Positions 60,077 through 64,000 of a DNA stretch of 64,000 bases are shown here, in pieces. Source of the stretch: an uncultured Acidobacteriota bacterium (GTDB lineage Bacteria > Acidobacteriota > Vicinamibacteria > Vicinamibacterales > Fen-181); the NCBI GenBank assembly GCA_963783255.1, contig CAWAMP010000011.1, positions 345,180 to 409,179 of the forward strand, given 5' to 3'. Every line of letters begins with the position of its first letter. Position 1 is the stretch's first letter. Both the position numbers and the translations under genes were made by a program. The notes beneath the pieces are model-generated. The model saw only the letters and a list, made by a program, of their open reading frames with translations. It ran no database searches and had not been told where the DNA came from.

Positions 60077-60108
60077 GTCCTGAGTCATGACTCATGACCC
60101 ATAACTCG
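60060..60108 (+). repeat. Six to seven tandem heptamers TGAGTYN decaying to TGACCCA/TAACTCG, spanning the ABC ATPase stop
   Basis: TGAGTTC TGAGTCA TGAGTCC TGAGTCA TGACTCA TGACCCA TAACTCG. The third TGA (60074) is the real stop, and TGA occurs in all three frames. It contains the perfect 14-bp palindrome TGAGTCATGACTCA (60081-60094). Confidence 0.8.
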
Positions 60109-60134
60109 CACAGCAACTTCGTGGGGCCAAGCGA

Positions 60135-61001
60135 ATGGCGGTCTACAAACGGGGATACAGGCGATACCGCGGCGCGCTCACGGGGCGTTGGACCAGGTTC
60201 ATGGTGCTGCCCCGCTATGCCTGGCGGAGGCTCTACCGGCAGCGCCTGGTCCTCCTGCTCACGATGCTGGCCTTCGTGTGGCCGGTTCTCTGCGCCGGCT
60301 TCGTCTATCTCACCAATCACGTGGAGCTGCTGCAGGGGCTCGAGCCGGAGTTCCGGCAGTTCATCCAGGTCAACGGTCAGTTCTTCGCGGTCTTCATGTA
60401 CGTGCAGGCGGGTTTCGCGGTCTTCCTGGCGGCCCTGGCCGGGCCCGGCCTCATCGCGCCGGATCTCGCGAACAACGCGCTTCCCCTCTACTTCAGCCGG
60501 CCGCTCACGCGCTGGAGCTATGCGCTCTCCCGGCTGACGGTGCTCGTCGGCATGCTGTCCGTCGTCACGTGGATTCCAGGCCTCGTCCTGTTCGGGCTGC
60601 AGGTGGGGCTGGCCGGCGGCTGGTGGTTCCGGGCGAACTGGACGCTGGGCGCGGGCATGGTGGCCGGGTTCCTCCTGTGGCTGCTTGTCCTGAGCCTGGT
60701 GGCGATGGCCAGTTCGGCGTATGTGAAGTGGCGGGTGGTGGCAGCCGCGGTCAGCCTGGCCTTCTTCTTCATCCTGAGCGGCATCTCCCAGATGATCAAC
60801 GGCGTCTTTCGGGTCACCTGGGGTTACGTCCTTGACCCGGCCTGGGCGGTGAACCGGGTATGGTGGGCGCTGCTCGGGCTGGATCCGGAGCGCATCACGG
60901 GCCCCGGCGCGGGCGCGTCGGCGTGGGCGCTGGCGGTGATGATCCTGATGCTCGTCCTGGTGATCGAACGCAAGCTGCGCCCGGTGGAGGTCGTGTCGTG
61001 A
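60135..61001 (+). CDS. ABC-2 family transporter permease
   Basis: 288 aa, about 6 TM segments. The basic N-terminus is MAVYKRGYRRYRG, and PDLANNALPLYFSRPLTR is typical of this permease class. Confidence 0.7.
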   Translation: MAVYKRGYRRYRGALTGRWTRFMVLPRYAWRRLYRQRLVLLLTMLAFVWPVLCAGFVYLTNHVELLQGLEPEFRQFIQVNGQFFAVFMYVQAGFAVFLAALAGPGLIAPDLANNALPLYFSRPLTRWSYALSRLTVLVGMLSVVTWIPGLVLFGLQVGLAGGWWFRANWTLGAGMVAGFLLWLLVLSLVAMASSAYVKWRVVAAAVSLAFFFILSGISQMINGVFRVTWGYVLDPAWAVNRVWWALLGLDPERITGPGAGASAWALAVMILMLVLVIERKLRPVEVVS

Positions 61002-61927
61002 CGGCCCCGGCGGTCGTCTTCGAAGAGGTGTCGAAGTTCTACGGCGACGTGCTCGGCGTGAACCGCGTCACGCTGAACATCCCGCCGGGAATCACGAGCC
61101 TGGTCGGGCCCAACGGCTCCGGCAAGACCACGCTCATGAACCTCATGACCGGCCTCATTCATCCCGACCACGGCCGCATCCTGATGCGCGGGATCTCCCC
61201 GCGCGACCCCGAAGCGCTGATGCGGATGACCGGGTACGCGACGCAGTACGACACGGCGCCGCGCTGGGCCACCGGATTCACCTTCATCACGACCGGCCTG
61301 CTGTTGTTCGGGTACGCGCGCGCGGAGGCGGAGGAGAAGGCGTGGAAGGCGCTCGAGCGCCTCGGGCTGACCGAGGCGGCGACCCGCAAGGTGGCGGCGT
61401 ATTCCAAGGGGATGCGGCAGCGTGTGCGGCTGGCGCAGGCGATCGCGCACGACCCCGACCTACTGGTGCTGGACGAGCCGCTGAACGGCCTCGACCCGCT
61501 GGTTCGCGCCGAGACGATCGATCTGTTCCGCGCGTGGGCGGCCGCGGGGAAGCACGTCATCCTCTCGAGCCACGTCCTCCAGGAGGTGGACGTGATCAGC
61601 GACCAGGTCGTCCTGATCGCCAACGGGATGATCCTGGCCGAGGGGACGATTCGCGACGTCCGAGACGAGATCGAGGAGCACCCGAGCCAGTACGTCGTCC
61701 GCTGCCGCGACGCCTCCCGGGTGGCGTCGCTGCTGTTCGGCGAGGATCACGTCACCGAGATCAAACTGAACGACGACCGGATGGGCATGCTGGTGATGAC
61801 GCGGGACCGGGAGCAGTTTGCGCGCGCACTCGGACGAATCGCGCTCGACGGCCACCGCATCGACGGGGTGCTTCCGGCTGACGACAACGTGGACGCCCTG
61901 TACGACTACCTGATTGGAGGCGAGTAG
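60998..61927 (+). CDS. ABC transporter ATP-binding protein (second ATPase, with a DUF4162-like C-terminus)
   Basis: The GTG start overlaps the upstream stop (GTGA). Walker A GPNGSGKTT, signature YSKGMRQR, Walker B LLVLDEP. Confidence 0.85.
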   Translation: MTAPAVVFEEVSKFYGDVLGVNRVTLNIPPGITSLVGPNGSGKTTLMNLMTGLIHPDHGRILMRGISPRDPEALMRMTGYATQYDTAPRWATGFTFITTGLLLFGYARAEAEEKAWKALERLGLTEAATRKVAAYSKGMRQRVRLAQAIAHDPDLLVLDEPLNGLDPLVRAETIDLFRAWAAAGKHVILSSHVLQEVDVISDQVVLIANGMILAEGTIRDVRDEIEEHPSQYVVRCRDASRVASLLFGEDHVTEIKLNDDRMGMLVMTRDREQFARALGRIALDGHRIDGVLPADDNVDALYDYLIGGE

Positions 61928-61928
61928 C

Positions 61929-63524
61929 GTGGCCTTTCGACAGGCTCAAGACGGCGCGCGGGCCGGCGGAGGGTCTGCCGCCGGCGGCCTTTCCTTCTCC
62001 GGGCGCGCCCGGCAGGCGTGGACGATCGCGAAGATCGAGATTCGCCGCGCCTTCCTCGCGAAGCGCGCGCTGTGGGTCTACGGGCTGGCGCTCCTCCCGT
62101 CTCTGATCTTCTTCGGGCACGGGATTGACGTGAAGCTGCGGAGCGAGCGGCTGGCCCGGCGCGGCCTCGCGAATCCCGCACTCATCGACAGCATCCGGGA
62201 AGGCGAGACGGTCGCGGACGTGAAGAAGCGCGTCGGCACGCCGGCCCGGGAAACCTGGTCGGTGCGGACCAAGCGCGTCCGGCAACCCACCGAGAAGACA
62301 GGGACGACGGTGCACGTGATCGAACCGGCGGTCGACGCCCGCTTCGTGCGCCTGAACGTCACCCGTCCCACCTACAGCGGCGAGCCGGTGGCCCGGATCT
62401 ACGAGTTTGAGGTCTACGGCCCGGACGGCCGCGTGAATCTCGCGCTCGGCCGTCCAGCCACGGGAAGCCTCGCGTGCGGCCCCGATCAGGGTCCGGAAAA
62501 AGCCGTGAACGGGAGCGTCGCGGGAGGAGAGACCGACAGCTGGTGCGCCGCGGACAGGCCGCTGTTCCTGCAGGTGGATCTGGGGACGACTCGCCCCGTC
62601 GCGCGCTTCGTGGTGAAGCACGCCAGCGCGGGGGGCGAAGACGAGGAATCGGACACCCGCGAGTTCAACATCCAGGTGAGCACGGAGGGCAAGGCCTTCA
62701 GCACGGTCGAGACATCCACGGGCGCGGGGTTCATCGAGGAACGGACCGAGTATCGGCAGGTCTCCTATTTCGACGGGCGGCGGGAGGCCAGGCTCCTGTT
62801 CGTCGACGGCAAGCTGGAGTCCCGGAATATCGACCCCCTGCTGAACTTCGAAGAGGATCGCCGGATCTTCGCCGGGATCTTCCAGTTCTTCTACTTGCGG
62901 CTGGCGATCTTCTTCGGCTGCCTGGGCCTCTTCATGTACCTGTTCCGCGGGGAGATGAGCAACCGCACGCTGCACTTCTGGTTCCTCGCGCCGGCGCGTC
63001 GCGAGGTGCTGCTCGCGGGCAAGTATGCGGCCGGGCTGATCGCGGCGGTCGTCGTCTTCGGCGGCGGCGCGGTGCTCGCGTTCGCGGCCATGCTCTGGCC
63101 GCACGACGCGGTCCAGGTGCAGTCCTACTGGAATGCCGGGGGGATGGGGCACGCGTTCTGGTACGTCGCGGCTGCCACGCTCGGCTGCGTGGGCTACGGG
63201 AGCGTCTTTCTCGCGCTCGGGCTGTACCTCCGCAATCCGATCGTCCCGGCTGCGGTGCTGCTCGCGTGGGAGGGAGTCAACGGCATCCTTCCGCACGCGC
63301 TGCAGAAGATGAGCATCCTGTACTATCTGCAGTCGCTCTGTCCCGTTCCGGCCCTGCCGATGGACGATGACATCCCCACGCTGGTACGGCTGCTGATGGC
63401 GCCCGCCGCGCCGGCCTCGCGACCCGGGGCGGTTCTCGGGCTGACGCTCGTGACCGCGTTCGTCCTGTGGATCGCCGCCCGCGCCGTCCGGCGCATGCAG
63501 ATCTCCTACGGCGCGGAGACGTGA
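61929..63524 (+). CDS. ABC-2-type permease with a ~270-aa extracytoplasmic insertion containing F5/8 type C (discoidin) module(s)
   Basis: Start placed at GTG 61929 (GGAGG 8 nt upstream, 1 nt after the upstream stop). TM1 is ALWVYGLALLPSLIFFG. The loop carries ARFVRLNV..IYEFEVYG and NLALGRPATGS..DSWCA..LFLQVDLG..KHASAGGE..REFNIQVSTEGKAF. About 5 TM segments follow. Confidence 0.7.
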   Translation: MAFRQAQDGARAGGGSAAGGLSFSGRARQAWTIAKIEIRRAFLAKRALWVYGLALLPSLIFFGHGIDVKLRSERLARRGLANPALIDSIREGETVADVKKRVGTPARETWSVRTKRVRQPTEKTGTTVHVIEPAVDARFVRLNVTRPTYSGEPVARIYEFEVYGPDGRVNLALGRPATGSLACGPDQGPEKAVNGSVAGGETDSWCAADRPLFLQVDLGTTRPVARFVVKHASAGGEDEESDTREFNIQVSTEGKAFSTVETSTGAGFIEERTEYRQVSYFDGRREARLLFVDGKLESRNIDPLLNFEEDRRIFAGIFQFFYLRLAIFFGCLGLFMYLFRGEMSNRTLHFWFLAPARREVLLAGKYAAGLIAAVVVFGGGAVLAFAAMLWPHDAVQVQSYWNAGGMGHAFWYVAAATLGCVGYGSVFLALGLYLRNPIVPAAVLLAWEGVNGILPHALQKMSILYYLQSLCPVPALPMDDDIPTLVRLLMAPAAPASRPGAVLGLTLVTAFVLWIAARAVRRMQISYGAET

Positions 63525-64000
63525 TTCAGCTTCATGCCCGGGATCGGCAGGGTCGCGGTGACCGCCAGCGTGTTGCCCTGCGTTCTCACGCGCGCGCCCG
63601 TCTCCCAGAGGTAACGGATGTTCACCAGGGCGAGAAGCCTCGACTTGCTGGCGACGGGCAAGGTGACGTCCGGCCCTACAGCCCACACCTTGTGCTTGTC
63701 GGGGAACTCCACGTCAATCGGCACTCCGCGCGGCGGTACAATCTCCCCGAGTCGGTCCCTCGTGATCTTCCACTCGACGTAGTACGCCATGCCGACGCTG
63801 AAGCCGCCGCCCATGAAGGACTTCCCGATGCCACCCTCGAGCGTGAGGATCTGGCCAACCTTGGTGTCGGTGTGCCTCTTCTCCCCGTTGATCTGCCAGA
63901 ACGCCGCCGTCGCCAGACTCGCGGATCGCTTCTCGTCGACAAAGACCGTCGTCCCGACATAGGGCTCGAGCGTGACCATGCCCCTGCCGACGTTGTCGCT
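63506..64000 (-). CDS. Outer-membrane beta-barrel protein, MetA-pathway/'phenol degradation'-like transporter family (3' part; gene starts beyond the right edge)
   Basis: Alternating beta-strand pattern: GQILTLEGGIGKSFMGGGFSVGMAYYVEWKITRD...VWAVGPDVTLPV...ALVNIRYLWE. The frame is open to the window edge. It overlaps the convergent permease by 19 nt. The family call is tentative. Confidence 0.45.
   Translation of the reverse strand, partial: SDNVGRGMVTLEPYVGTTVFVDEKRSASLATAAFWQINGEKRHTDTKVGQILTLEGGIGKSFMGGGFSVGMAYYVEWKITRDRLGEIVPPRGVPIDVEFPDKHKVWAVGPDVTLPVASKSRLLALVNIRYLWETGARVRTQGNTLAVTATLPIPGMKLNHVSAP

Noticed and set aside
60081-60094. The perfect palindrome TGAGTCATGACTCA as a stand-alone transcription-factor operator.
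   Set aside because: It is generated by two adjacent units of the heptamer array (TGAGTCA/TGACTCA). I cannot separate an operator function from the repeat itself, so it is reported only as part of the array.

Overview
Very GC-rich bacterial chromosomal window (about two-thirds G+C by eye, not computed) with about 45 protein-coding genes. I found no rRNA, tRNA or CRISPR. The gene content (Tat-exported CAZymes, DUF1080, PQQ-like propellers, ECF sigma, discoidin modules) resembles a soil Acidobacteriota, Gemmatimonadota or Planctomycetota-type genome, but I cannot verify taxonomy here. Layout: (1) 1-31.7 kb is a dense arabinoxylan/arabinan-type CAZyme supercluster. It holds 2x GH3, a GH51-like enzyme, a fungal-type GH54 with an unusual C-terminus, a GH43 endo-arabinanase with ricin CBM, a GH10 xylanase with CBM, 2x CE1-like esterases, type-B carboxylesterases, SASA/CE6-like and SGNH esterases, a GPH symporter and an FGGY kinase. 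It also holds three paralogous small secreted proteins of unknown function, a C-glycoside-deglycosidase-like beta/alpha gene pair, and one complete IS (rve transposase, about 45-bp imperfect TIRs). (2) 31.7-38 kb holds miscellaneous genes plus a prolyl-oligopeptidase remnant. (3) 38-49 kb is an AraC-linked catabolic island: carboxylesterase, PQQ-like propeller, alpha/beta hydrolase, cupin-CMD-CMD fusion, GlcD-like FAD oxidase, MFS and a 2-hydroxyacid dehydrogenase. (4) 49-56 kb holds a GH29 fucosidase, DUF1080, a 901-aa uncharacterised hydrolase-like protein and a YncE-like propeller. (5) 56-63.5 kb holds an ECF sigma/anti-sigma pair chained to a 2xATPase + 2xpermease ABC-2 exporter whose last permease carries a discoidin ectodomain. 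This is my best candidate for an undescribed system. Four sequence-level oddities stand out: five +1 frame breaks with non-random contexts; stop/start-rich tandem heptamers at three operon junctions; a ~50-bp promoter/leader module duplicated 19 kb apart; and Gly/Ala/Pro/Arg-rich insertions inside at least eight enzymes. All family assignments come from motif recognition by eye; no database search was possible.
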